From: Sphyrna mokarran
Lineage: Eukaryota
Assembly: GCA_024679065.1 (NCBI GenBank)
Contig: JAGIQG010000025.1
Span: 19,344,001-19,408,000 of the forward strand
Length of the DNA stretch: 64,000 nt
Reading direction: 5' to 3'
Shown piece by piece: positions 37,136 to 49,500 of this stretch. Under the pieces are notes generated by a model that ran no database searches, had not been told where the DNA came from, and saw only the letters and a program-made list of their open reading frames with translations. Every line of letters starts with the position of its first letter. Position 1 is the stretch's first letter. Both the position numbers and the translations under genes were made by a program.

Positions 37136-37479
37136 TGGCTGGTGCAAATATAAGGACTAAAATTCTTGTAAATGTAAGTGGAATTCTGTCCTCCTCTCTT
37201 TCCCTTTGTTGGGAAAATGGAAACTTGGAAAGGTGCCAGTTTTTTTGTACGCTGTCAGTGTAGTGTTGGAGAGAGTAGGGAATTTCAGTTTGGGGGTGGG
37301 GGGGAGTTCGTTCATCCATGATGATGGCTGCATTGACTTTCTGCGTTAACCACTCTGCAAATTACAAAGTGTGCGGGGTGGAAAAAAGAATAATTTTTCG
37401 CCGATCTTGGCAAGGCGCTAAAAAAGATGGTGTGAACACTAAATAAATAATAGACGATTTTGGCATTTTAAAGAACCCA

Positions 37480-38170
37480 TCGCTCGCAACTCAGCAGCAG
37501 CGCATCGCCAGGCGCTCCCCGACTGGCTGAATGTGGCCAAGCGCGCTGTATTCTAGCCCTATTCCGGGGGGCCAACCGAACTTGATCGGCCCTCTTACCA
37601 CCCACCTTCGGTGGCATCATTTTATTGACGTCGATAGAAACCAGTGGAAGGAGAGTATGTCTGACAGTGGGCGGGGCCTATCGGCGAGAAAGAACCAATG
37701 CGGGACGGCCGGACATGGTGACTGGGAGGTGGGATTTTGTCGGCGGCGCCTGGAAGCCAGTGTGTGAGCCGCGCGCCGAGTCAAAGGCGGCGGGGGCCGG
37801 CTCAGAGCGGATGGTGGTTAGTTTTCTAAGGTACGGCGGCCGCCCATGGCGTTGAGGAGCCAAACGATATAAACCGACGGCGGCGGAAGATCCCAGCCAT
37901 CGGTGAGCGGGTGAAACTTAAAAAAAAACCGGGAAGAGTAAGGATCCGAGCCCGTAAATAAAGGGGGGGGGGGGGAAATCGGATGAGATCGGTGTGCGTG
38001 TGTGTGTGAGGATAACGGGAGGGATAACGGGAGGGATAACGGTCGTCGGTGCGAGAGGCTTCCTGTTTTCAAAGGCTTTGGCCGTCCCCCCCCCCCCCCG
38101 CTTCTTTCCCGAGTTAAGCTGAGTCTCCGGGAGGATTCACGACAGTAAAGTGGGGGGGTGGGGGGGGAGG
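37480..38170 (+). promoter_or_regulatory. CpG-island promoter and first exon region, probably SCAI
   Basis: CpG-rich; CRE-like tgacgtcg 37626-37633, GC box 37669-37676, CCAAT 37695-37699, G/C tracts downstream; SCAI follows PPP6C on the same strand in human (synteny inference). Confidence 0.75.
37811..37830 (+). CDS. SCAI: Putative first coding micro-exon of SCAI (MVVSFL[R])
   Basis: gagcggATGG context, donor AAG|GTACGG in phase 2; human SCAI starts MV and, from memory, its first exons end in phase 2. No downstream SCAI exon was found in the window. Confidence 0.45.
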
Positions 38171-39649
38171 GTGTGTGTGAACCACTGATGTGTGGGGAGT
38201 GTGAAACCTAACAGGCTGACAGCAGGTGGACATGTTGTGCGCTTCCTCAGCGAGAGAAGCACCTCAGAAAGAAGCGGCTGCATTCAGTGTGCGGAACAAC
38301 CGCTCGCTTGTTTATGCTCTTCCAGTTATCCCATTGTGTGTGCAGAATATCTATTCTAAATGTCCTAAGAACGCAGAGAACAAATTATCACGCTTAATTC
38401 AGCCTTTAACCGAAGGAAAGGGTGTTGGAGGGGTGGTAGCAATTTTTGCTATCATTAATAGTCACAATTGAAATGATTTAAAGAGACAGAATGTTCGTAC
38501 ATGACAAAAGAGGCAGATCATCATTTCAGGTTGCTCCTGGCGCCTCATTCCCTTGATTGGAGATTCGGTTCGTCATCAAGTGGCTTGTTTGTATGTCGTC
38601 CAGGGTCACTGTAGACTGATAGTTACACTCACGACGTTCCAAAGCCTTTTGCATCCAGTTAAGTTTTTTTTTGAATTATCACCACTGCTGTAATGCAGAA
38701 AAATGCAAGAACCACTTTCTGGATAGTAAAGTCCCATATTTGATTTGATTTTATAATTGTGGATCTATTGGTAGGTATCCTGTGAAAAGTATTGTTTGTT
38801 GATGTTATACAGACAAAACATATCATTCATAGAGAAGGAAAGGAGAGGGTGCAGAATTTAATGTGAAGAAAGATCAACTTGATATAAGAGATCCATTCAA
38901 AGGTCTGATGGCAGCAGGGAAGAAGCTGTTTGTATGTGATGGGTAATATTTGTTTTAATTGGCATTTGAAATGTTGGCCTGGAGATCAGGAAAAGATCCT
39001 TGCACCATTTGGATTAGTGTCAAAGGGCCTCTTGGATCTCCATGAACAAGCAGGTGGGTTACTGGTTTAGTATCTTGGGGGCTCCTCACCTGGATTGTTT
39101 GTGCAAGTCTCTAGAGGAGCTTAAACTCAGGAGTATCTTCTGATTTGGGTGCAAGAGTGGGCTACTGTTGAAATCTAGACATATTATTCTCACATTTCTT
39201 GTCTACTTCACTTTCTTTTTATGGTTCTCCTTTAAAGCCTGCTCTGACCAAGTTTTTGGTCAGCAGTCCTGTGGCTCAGTATCAGATTTTCATAAATGTT
39301 TTTATGAAGTGCATTGGGATATTTTACTGTGCTAAATTTGTAATGTAAATATAAGTTGTTGTGTACACATTTTCTCTTTGCTTTGGCCATTGTGCTGCTG
39401 AGAGCAGTGGAAGTGTAACTAATTGTATGTTGTGAGACATCAGATATAGACGTGTCTTGTCAGATGAAGTAAATGCAGGCTTTTCTGTTCCCTGGACATA
39501 AATTGTCCAATATTACTCTTGAAGTAAAACAGACAGTGAGATTGCTGACAAATAATAGCTCTTATTTTCTAGTTTTTATTGACTCATTAATATTTTCAAT
39601 TAAAATAAATAATAGCAGCTGGCAGTTTCTCATGAACTCTATGATGAAT

Positions 39650-40070
39650 TTAGCCGTTGCTCAGTTGGTTGTACTGTTGTCTGAGTCACAAGGTTGTGGT
39701 TTGAAGTCCCACTGCAGGATTGGAGTACAGAAATGAAGATCGACACTCCAGTGCTGAAATGAGCCTTCCTCAGTTGCACTGTAGGAAGTGCAGCCTTTCA
39801 GATGAGATATTAAACCGATGTTGTGTCTGTTCTTTCAAATGTGTGTAAAAGATCAATGGCAGTATTTGGAGAAAGAGCAGAGAGTTATCGTGTAATCAAC
39901 AGCTGAAAAAACAAGTTATCTGGTTATTATCAAATTGCTGTTTGTGGGACCTTGCTGTGCAGAAATTAGTTGCTGTGTTTCCTTGCATTACAGTATGGCA
40001 TTAGTTTTAAAAAGGTATTTAATTGTAGGCTGAAGTTGAGAACGGCAATATATAAATGCAAACTTTTTTG
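39650..40070 (+). mobile_element. Deu-domain SINE (SacSINE1-like)
   Basis: tRNA-like head agccgttgctcagttggt...gaagtcccact, core gcctttcagatgagatattaaaccg, tail atatataaatgcaa. Confidence 0.75.
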
Positions 40071-41044
40071 CTTTATTATGTTATGTTGTGCACAAATTGG
40101 CTGTTTTCTTTCCTACTTTACAACCACAGCTTTTCTGCAGAATTACTTAATTGACTATAAAATACCTTTGGAATGTTATGTGGTCATGAAAGGCACTGCA
40201 TAAATGCAAATCTTTTTTATTTCCACACAGTGAGCATGCTTTCTGAAGTACTTGAAGTGTATATTCAACAATGACATATTCCTGTGTAAGGATATGTAAT
40301 CTTAAAGTGTAGAAATACCACTCATCATATTTGGGACAGCTCTTTGAAAAAGCCATTCATGTATTGTACTCTTCAGCTCTGTTTTTCTTTCCAGATATAT
40401 TTCCAATAGGCTATTTGAAAGATGCCACTTAATTTGCTTCCACTACCTGTTCATGCTGTGCCTCATTCTCCTTCTGGTTCTATTGCAAGTTATTCATCCA
40501 TTGCTTATTTATCCACCTGCTACTGGAAACCATTTCTCCTCAGTGAAATTCAACCAAAGTCCCAGTTCTGATTGCTGTGCATGAACAATGAATGCAGACT
40601 AGGTTAGTCTGCGTTGTAGTGGATCCCAATGGTCACTGAACTACCACTGTAGTGAGAAATCATGAGGATGGAAGTAGCTGTGTCCTTGAGACAAAATGAT
40701 TTAAGCTGAGAATACTGTGGAAAAGGTAGAAGTTCAGGAAACCTGTTTGGGTGCATCAGATGTGAAGTACGCATGTGTTTCTTTATAAAGATGGCTTCCA
40801 GCCAATGCTATATATTTAATTGGAAGTGTTGAGCAAACGAGAAGTAATTATTTAGCTGCAGGAATGGGGAAGTTGAAGGGCAAGTAGTAAGGATATTTCC
40901 TCTATCTTTTAAATGTTGGCATTAGAATGGCAATGCAAGAAATCAATGGCTGACTATATCTCATGGTCAGGAAGGTTGGTGAAAATAAAATCCCAGCATG
41001 GAGGAACAAGTTGTGGAAAGAATATAAGAAATAATCATGTTTAT

Positions 41045-41300
41045 AAAAACATAAGAACATAATAGGAGCAGGAGTAGGCCATCCAGCCCCTCGAGCCTTC
41101 AGTAGAATCATGGCTGATCTGCAGTAGTTCAGTTCCACTTTCCTGCTTTCTCCCCGTAACCCTTAATTCCCTTGTCAATCAAAAAGCTATCCACCCTTGA
41201 CTTAAATATATTCAGCAAGGAAGCCTCCACTAATTCAGCAGGCAGAGAATTCCAAAGATTCGCCACCCTTTGAGTGAAGAAATTCCTCCTCAACTCTGAT
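41045..41300 (-). mobile_element. CR1 3'-end fragment
   Basis: Reverse complement of the same tail as 56990-57075, with (cataagaa) repeats. Confidence 0.8.
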
Positions 41301-41974
41301 TATAAGAACACAATGTTTAGAATATTTCTATCACATTTTGAGATTTAAAAATTTATATTGACCCAGATTTTTCATCTTCTGAATGATAAGAGACTGGATG
41401 TACCCTAAAAGATGTGTCATGGCACCCCCACCCCCAAGGTTCCAATATAAGAACTCCGTGGAGGAAGTTTGAACTTCCGCTGGAGAATTTCCCTGCTCCT
41501 GAGAATGCTCCGAAGAGTTTCCAAATCTGAATTAGATTTGAAGACTTCAAATGGTTCTGGCTTAGTTACTTGGAAAGTTATCAGGTAATGTTAGGCAGAA
41601 AAATCATAGTCTGAGTTCTGGATAACGACAACCGATATGCCAATTGCTCACAGTAACTTCCCTGACACAACCCAACTAATTCCCATCACTTGAGTCACCA
41701 CCTCTCCCCAAATGCAACCTGACCCATCTTTGACCTGGCCAATGTTTTTGACGTGACTCCTGCGACCCTACTTGTGCTGCTACTCTGCCCACTTACTTTG
41801 TCAACCCTACTCTCTTATCCACTCTCTCACTTCATCCACTTAGTTACTCGCTGTAGCTTTTCAAAGAAGTTTTGGAGCATTTGTGCTCTATTTACCAGAG
41901 TATGGTAGCTAGTGTTGTAAAAAGGGATGTGCCTAAGAAACTGTTCCATTTTGAGTATACTCTGCATTTCTGGT

Positions 41975-43178
41975 GGAAGCTCCAGCTTCCACCCTAGACA
42001 CGTTAAAGAAGCCATTCCATATGGACAAGCCCTCTGTATACACAGAATTTGCTCAGATGAGGAGGATCGTGACAGACACCTCCAGATGCTGAGAACAGGA
42101 TATGGCGCTCGACTCATCGATCGACAGTTCCGATGTGCCACAGCGATAAACCGCACTGACTTCCTCGGAAGACGAACACAGGACACGGTGGGCAGAGTAC
42201 CCTTTGTTGTCCAGTACTTCCCCGGAGCGGAGAAGCTACGACATCTTCTCCGGAGTCTTCAACATATCATTGATGACGATGAATATCTTGCTAGGGCCAT
42301 CCCTACCCCCCCACTTCTTGCTTTCAGACAACCGCACAACCTCAAACAGATCATTGTTCGCAGCAAACTACTGAACCTTCAGGAGAACAGTGACCACAAT
42401 ACCACACAACCCTGCCTCAGCAACCTCTGCAAGACATGCCAGATCATAGACATGGATGACATCGTCAAACGTGAGGATACCGTTCACCAGGTACACGGTA
42501 CATACTCTTGCAACTCGGCCAACGTTGTCTACCTAATACGTTGCAAGAAAGGATGTCCCGAAGCATGGTATATTGGGGAGACCATGCAGACACTACGACA
42601 GCGGATGAACGAGCATCGCTCAACAATCACCAGGCAAAACAGTTCCCTTCCTGTGGGCGAACACTTCAGCAGTCACGGGCATTCGGCCTCCGACCTTCGG
42701 GTAAATGTTCTTCAAGGGGGCTTTCGTGACACACGACAGCGCAGAGTAGCTGAGCAGAGACTGATAGCCAAGTTCTGCACACATGAAGACGGTCTTAATA
42801 GGGATCTTGGCTTCACGTCACACTATCTGTAACCCCCGTAACTTGCCTGGATTAGCAAACAACCTCACTTACTGTGCTGTCTGGAGAAAATACACATTTC
42901 TCTAACCAATGCTCAGGATTCCCTTCACACACATTGTTAGCCACTTTAACACTTGAATAGCAGGTTAGATATAAGGATTCACATTCTAATCAGCAATCTG
43001 TGACTGTCTGTGTTGATATGTGTGCTATTGCAGACCAGAACATGGCATTTGCCTGACGAAGACAGAAAGTTGAAAGCTCACAAATTTACTATCAAATAAA
43101 TCGGTTGGATTTAAAATTGGTGTTGCTAGATTCTTACTGAGTTCTTACTACCCCAGTTCAACGCCGGCATCTCTACAT
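41975..43178 (+). mobile_element. Young 5'-truncated Penelope-like element with an intact GIY-YIG endonuclease C-terminus
   Basis: ORF to 42832 with CxxxxCKTC...H, VVYLIRC...YIGET...RMNEHR...GLN; TSD catttctggt 41965-41974/43179-43188. Confidence 0.92.
43048..43084 (+). ncRNA. Minimal type I hammerhead ribozyme in the Penelope pLTR
   Basis: tttgc-CTGACGA-a-GAC agaaa GTT-GAAA-gc-TC-acaaa. Confidence 0.65.
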
Positions 43179-46100
43179 CATTTCTGGTTAAGCCAGGACT
43201 AGAAGTCCTGGCAGAAATATGGACTATCCTTAGAAAAATAGGAGCAGCGTGGCAATCCGATGGTGATTTCCACTCCTTGGAAAATACAATCCACTTAGTT
43301 TAAGTCAACATTGTTTTGTAAATCAAACCATAGTAGTCAACAGATTTTAATGCACACTGTTAATAGGCATTGCTTTTCAAATATAAGTCTGCACTCAACA
43401 TTATCTGACTTTCCTAACGTTTTGGTATATTTTATACAAACAACTTTTCTAAATATGCTATTTGTAACCAAATTAACAATTACTTGTTAATAGGATTATA
43501 GTGACTTTTATTTGTTGGACAGCGCATTGCATTACATTACAGAAATTAGGTTCATACAATTACATTCCATTTTCTTATGCACGGTTAGGGCATCTCTTTT
43601 TTTTTCCCCACACACACTGATGTAACAAGTGTGACTTAGCTGGGGGGATTGTCATTGCCAATATTTTCTCTGATTTTTGAATGATAATATTCAAAGGAAT
43701 TCCTATTATTTCAATTGAATTAAAATATCTGAAGCTGTACTGATCTCAAGATGAATTTTTTTTTTGAGTCATGAAATAATGACTGACACAATGAATGTAT
43801 CACAGTTTGGTGGGTGACCTTTTAACGCTGAACTATAATTGCATAGGTATACATTTGGTGGCTTGAACAACAAGTTTGTTATGGAAAATGTGGAGAGTTT
43901 TAACAATTTGTTTGTTTTGAAGATTTGTCAGAATTACATGATTGATTTCCAAAGAAGTAAGCTTTTTTAAAATTCTTGTTCATTTGATCATATTTACATT
44001 TGTTTCCAACATAACAGTTTTAAGTGTCAAATTTTTGAAATAAAAACTCTTCCCTTCATACCTTTTCTGAAAAGAATTTCAACTTTTATAAAGAATTGAG
44101 TGAGCCAGTGTATTTGTATATTTCATTTCTAATGTAATGTGAATAATTTGTGTATTTACTTTCAACAACAAAAGTGTGCAAAAAATTGAACTTGGACAGT
44201 AAGCATTTAAAAGCAATTTGAAGTACACTTCAGTAACCATGGCGAGTATTGCCTGTAATTTGTAATACATTCCAGAGTTGATAGTATAGTATTTGATTGT
44301 GGCTAAAAAAATGCATTTTGTCAAAAGTTGCGCTTTTGTCTTGCACTTATCAGGACAATCTCAAAATACCAGTGTCAGAGGAAGCAATTTTATATTGTGT
44401 GAGAAGAAAATGCTGGTTGGCAATTGGACTCTGAGTACGGGTGTTGCCATGGGGAGTGCACAGTTAATGGTGACTGGTATTAACTGTCAGGCATTGTGAG
44501 AAAATTTAAGCCAGGCAGCTTGATCGTAGCTGGTGAAGGCATTGCCTTGAGGAATGAATCAGTGAATGGCTATTACTTATTTTGTTTAGTTGAAACATGT
44601 ACGCAGTATTGCGCCTATTTCAGTTAAACAAAATAAGATGATGCATTGACCAATCAGAGTCAAGGTATCTGGATTAAGTTTTCAATCAATGTTTCGAGCA
44701 GAAACCAAATTTATATTTTTTTCAGCAAAATTCACATTCCAGCAGATCAGAATTGAATTTTTAACAAAAATGCTTTATGTTTAGTTTACCCTTGGTGTTG
44801 CAAATTATTCTGAAGTGAACAAAGCAGTGAAGACTAATATTGTACAACATGAATAACAAATCAAAATCTTTCTTGCATGCCAATTTGGCTGTTTGAACAG
44901 CATAATTGAGGAATAGCATTATTGTATATTGGCATTGGACAGCTGAATTCATGTTATATCGGTATCTGATGTGCTTTAAGAGATGTATGGCATCCATTTG
45001 GTGTTTGACCCTAATAGAATTTGACATTAATTCATTGTGTATCTTGATGAATGCAATCTAATGTAAAAAAATATGAGGGAAAAATCTGAACAACAATCAA
45101 CATTCAGTGGAGAGAACAGATAATTATAATATTTGAAATGTAGATTCTTCATCACTCCAGATTTTTGCTAATCAGCTAAGTGTTTCCAGCTTTTTTGATT
45201 TTATTTCTAATGCAAATATGATTTTGCTTTACAGTTTCACCCTCCCCAACCAGAACATTAGCCACAAACCTAAAATTAGGATTTATTTTCGAAGAATCTT
45301 TCCAGAAATATTTCCAATTAATTGGCAGTTAAGATTAGCATAAGTAATCTTAAAGCAACTATTATATTTAAAAGTTCTTTACAGTAAAAATATGATTTTC
45401 ATTTATGTGAAATGTTTGACTTGGTGTATAATTACAAGAATTCAATGGAAATTCAGTATTCAACATCTTGGGAGTTGAGCTGTAACTGATGTGTCAGTAA
45501 TGAACCTCTGGATTAGTACCTAGGGGGTTGATGAAGTGTAATTGAAGTGTCGGTAATATAACATTGATCTCTCTTTTTTTTATCCTGATGATTTATTGGA
45601 CAAAAAAACTGCCGCGTAGAAGAACTGGGTCACCAATTCTACTCCTGAATTGGACTGAGTTGGCTGATGGTAACAGTGAAAGTAGATCTTGTTCTCCTTT
45701 AATTAATAAAGGGATACTTTTGTTAAAGTTCCTGCTCCTGAATGCTCTTCATATCTCTTCCCTTGCTTCCATCTGTATTTTCATGTTGGGTGTTGAGTTG
45801 ATTGGGTGAAATATTGTCCACAGTTGAAAACCCTTCCAATATATGAGGGACTCGTATATTAGCATTAGATAATGAATGACGGGTGGGATTCATGATCCTA
45901 AACCACAGTTTAAAAAAAAGCCTCACCTGCAAGAGAGAAGTTAAAAACAAAAATATACAAAGTTAGATGTATGATGACTGAAATTGAGTTATTTCTATGA
46001 AACATAATTTTAGCAACAGTAACTGCTCATATAACAAACATTAAATTGCCTTACTATAAGAGCTTAAAAGCTGAAGAATGTGTATTTTGTAACATAGATC

Positions 46101-46518
46101 AGGTATTGAAATTTGAGTTCATTTTACACTGTTAAATCATACATCAAAGGCCTATCGATATATGTAAATTAGTATCACCTATATGAAGCTTATTCTAATA
46201 GGATGTTTTTGTATGGTTACCATGCGTATTCAGTCTTTCTTAAAACAAACTGCTGCTTCCTTTTGTTGTCCCTCTCCTGAACCCTTGCTGTAAAAGGGAA
46301 TGAGGGAGCGAGAGAGGAGGCGAAGGGGAGGGAATTTTGAGTAAATGAGTATTTAACAAGGAATGTTGAGCTAAATAATTTAGTTACAGAAGAAAAATAT
46401 AGCTTAACCTACTCTTAATTCTTGGTCTTGAAAGGTGCAAAGGTGTGGAAATCTATATTATAGAGATCCCTGACAACATGTTAAGTGAACATGCCTTTTA
46501 GCAATACAGTTTTGAAAA

Positions 46519-46537
46519 TGGCCACCAGGAGGTGTAT
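46519..46537 (+). promoter_or_regulatory. Candidate CTCF site
   Basis: tggccaccaggaggtgtat versus consensus TGGCCACCAGGGGGCGCTA. Confidence 0.5.
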
Positions 46538-49500
46538 CAAGTCTCTGGATAATTGTAGTTTTTCATTTGCAAGATCACAGTTCCTGAGTGAATAGTTGAA
46601 GTCTGTGCAGGAGTAAAACAGATTGAATTCTTGTAAAACTAATCAGAATTATGTGTATAAATTTACTGGTTTCAGAATTATGAAAATGTGCAAAAATCAA
46701 CCCAATCAAACCACAGCTAAAATCACAACAATGAAAGATGTGATTACTGATTAGAATATCTAATTGGCCATGTCTGTTTAAAATTTATCCAAAACATAAA
46801 ATACTGTTCCAGTTGTAATTGGATAGACTCTGAGGCGTCCAGGTGGTAGGAGGAAATAAATATACATAAGGCTCAATCCAAAACTGCATGGTTAAAATTT
46901 GTATATGCTAAATGTTTGTCCTTAAATAAAAAGTGAACATCAGTGCAGCACAATGGTCCCAAGATAGCACATCAGTAGAGCAGATTGCCTGTGGTTTTTC
47001 CACACAGTATGTATGATAGAGAGATGCAGATTAAATTGGAGTACAATCTTTTTTTTTTCCCCCACAAACATGCTTACTTGGATTGGTTGATAGGATATAG
47101 CTACAAGTTTGGGTTTGCTGTGGATTCTTCCTTTGGTTCAGTGGAGTCTTTTCCTCTTGAAAATTTCTTCCTATTACATGATGGAATGGACTCTCACTGT
47201 ATGTTATCTACTTGGAAGGTATCACAACTTGTGTATAACCATAATACCCTCTTGTAATTGGAGCCAGAAATTCTTATTTTTTTCCCCCCAAATGCTTGCA
47301 TAATTTTTTTTAAGGTGAACTGAGAAAACACTTTCAGATTAGGCCAGGAAGAGCTCTTTATTCATAATTAATAAACATTATTATGGAGTAATAGGAAAGA
47401 TTGAATGGTGAAAATCCAATCTGTATATCTTGTCTTCATATAATGTAAAATAATAGTCAGTATACTTTCCCGCCTTAGTGATTCTATTGTGTGACTTTAT
47501 CAGATTGACTCCTAACCATCCTCTTTTCAGTCTAAATAAAGGCTGTCCTCTAAAGCCCGATTGCCATATTTATATTTTCATCTGAGGGAAGACTATTGCA
47601 GAATATTCTGAGTCTAGCAGAATGGGTGTCATTTGTTTATCAATTACCAAGACAAGCTAACTAATCATTTATTGTTTGCAGTCTATGGGGAAAATTGACA
47701 TTTTACACAATCCCCATCCCATGATTTTAAAAAAAAAAGCATGTCTAGATTTTTTTAAAAAAAAGACAATTAAATGTTTTTTTTACACCAAATTGATTCT
47801 GTGCATAGTTAATTTAAAAAAAAGTCTACAGATGGTTTGTTTGATAAATTTTCATATTCACCATTTGGGCATTCAATTAAGTGTTATTTCATGTAAAGCT
47901 ACAAGTTGAAAAAATGGCTGAGTTTTAATTAGCTAATTTTAATCCCTCACTATGTCTGAAGTTGGATAATTATACAAATGTAAAATTAATCCAAATTCAT
48001 ATATACAAAAGAAATATTAATGCACACAGATTGCACACTTGACTGAACACTCATCACATAAGAAACAATCATTTTTGTTTACAATTTGTTTTCATATGTT
48101 TCCTGATAAATATAGTTCCAATGTTAGCTCATTCTGGTTCAACAAAAGCTTGCTATTTATATTTATAGAACCATAACCAATCTGTCGTGGCATGAAACAA
48201 TACTTCAGTCTCTTGATTATCAGCCACTATCTGAAAGTAAAACAAGCTAAATCTATTTTTGTGTTACCCTTCATGGTGAGAGAAAAATTAAAGCTTATCC
48301 AGTCATGTGATACAAGGTCACTGCTTGTCAAATTAGATGATTTAATTTCACAAGTTTGTCATGGGAAAGGATAAAAATGGTCTGATTTTGAAGGATTCTG
48401 TCATCTGAAACTATTGATATTACGCTCTTTCAACATTGTCGACCATTTGGTTAGTGGAATACCTGTCTGTAACTGTGCTAAACACTGATGACCATTCTGA
48501 ACTGAGGAAACTATATATTGGATCTAAATATTTCTGTAGACGTACAATTGAATTGCTTTGACTGAAATCATTCATGTGCCCAGTAAAACTGCAATAGCTT
48601 AGCTACATAAACAGTTTAGGCCAAAAAAGCTTTCCCCTACCTAGATTTCATTGATCATCAATGGAGTAAATTCTTTGGCTGCTTTTCTGATACAGATACT
48701 ATTTTGGAGTGTTATTTGTAATCTTGCCAGCTATGTTAAACTCGGGGTTAATCTTCCACTGAGATCAATGGATACATTTAGGCAATTCTTGCTTTTATCC
48801 TCTTCCCTCTTACTCCCAAATCAATTTAAAAAAAAATAGTAAAATTATGAAATCAATGGAACATTTTGGAAACTGAAGATGAAAATCTTTTGAGGTTTTT
48901 TGTTCTTTAATTTCATCAGATCAGTATGATTTGAAGTACAGTACTTTGTGAGAAGTCCTGGAAACTCATAATCTTTAAAAAGAAATTTGAACTTAAAATG
49001 AACAGTTGAAAGGATGACGTGACAAGTTTCATATTTTAAGACACTGGAATAGAACTTCCCTTTTACTTTCGTTGCAACTTAAAATTTCACTCCAGGATTA
49101 CGCTTAACATTTATTCTTAAGTAGACATTCAGTTTTAGGAGCAGTCCAAAGTGATCCTTAAATCCCCTAATTTTACTTCCATTTTTTCCTTTTCCAGCTT
49201 GCTAACTTGATTTCAGAACCATCCTTCATTTTCCTGGAGATTCTGAGGTTAAACCAGGAAAATCTTCCAATCTCTCTTTAAATCTCATGAAGTTGGTCCT
49301 TTCGATCTGAACATGAGCTTTCACCCACATTGCTATGCTGTGAATTATTGAAACTTACTACCTCTATCTGCATCCTCTCTCTCCGATCTTGGCAGACTGT
49401 CTTCTCTGTCAATCCTCGTGAATTTTTTTTCAGTCCGCTCTCTCATTTGTGCAGTGAACTATAGAGACTTGCTGCCTCTATTTGCTCCTTTTCTCTGAGA

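Noticed and set aside
41927-41975. ATG-initiated N-terminus fused to the Penelope GIY-YIG ORF
   Set aside because: Chance in-frame read-in from flanking DNA across the TSD; no promoter evidence
45564-45809. ORF with KKLPRRRTG, reminiscent of SCAI exon 2 (KPPRKRRS)
   Set aside because: No suitable AG acceptor or consensus donor; similarity too short
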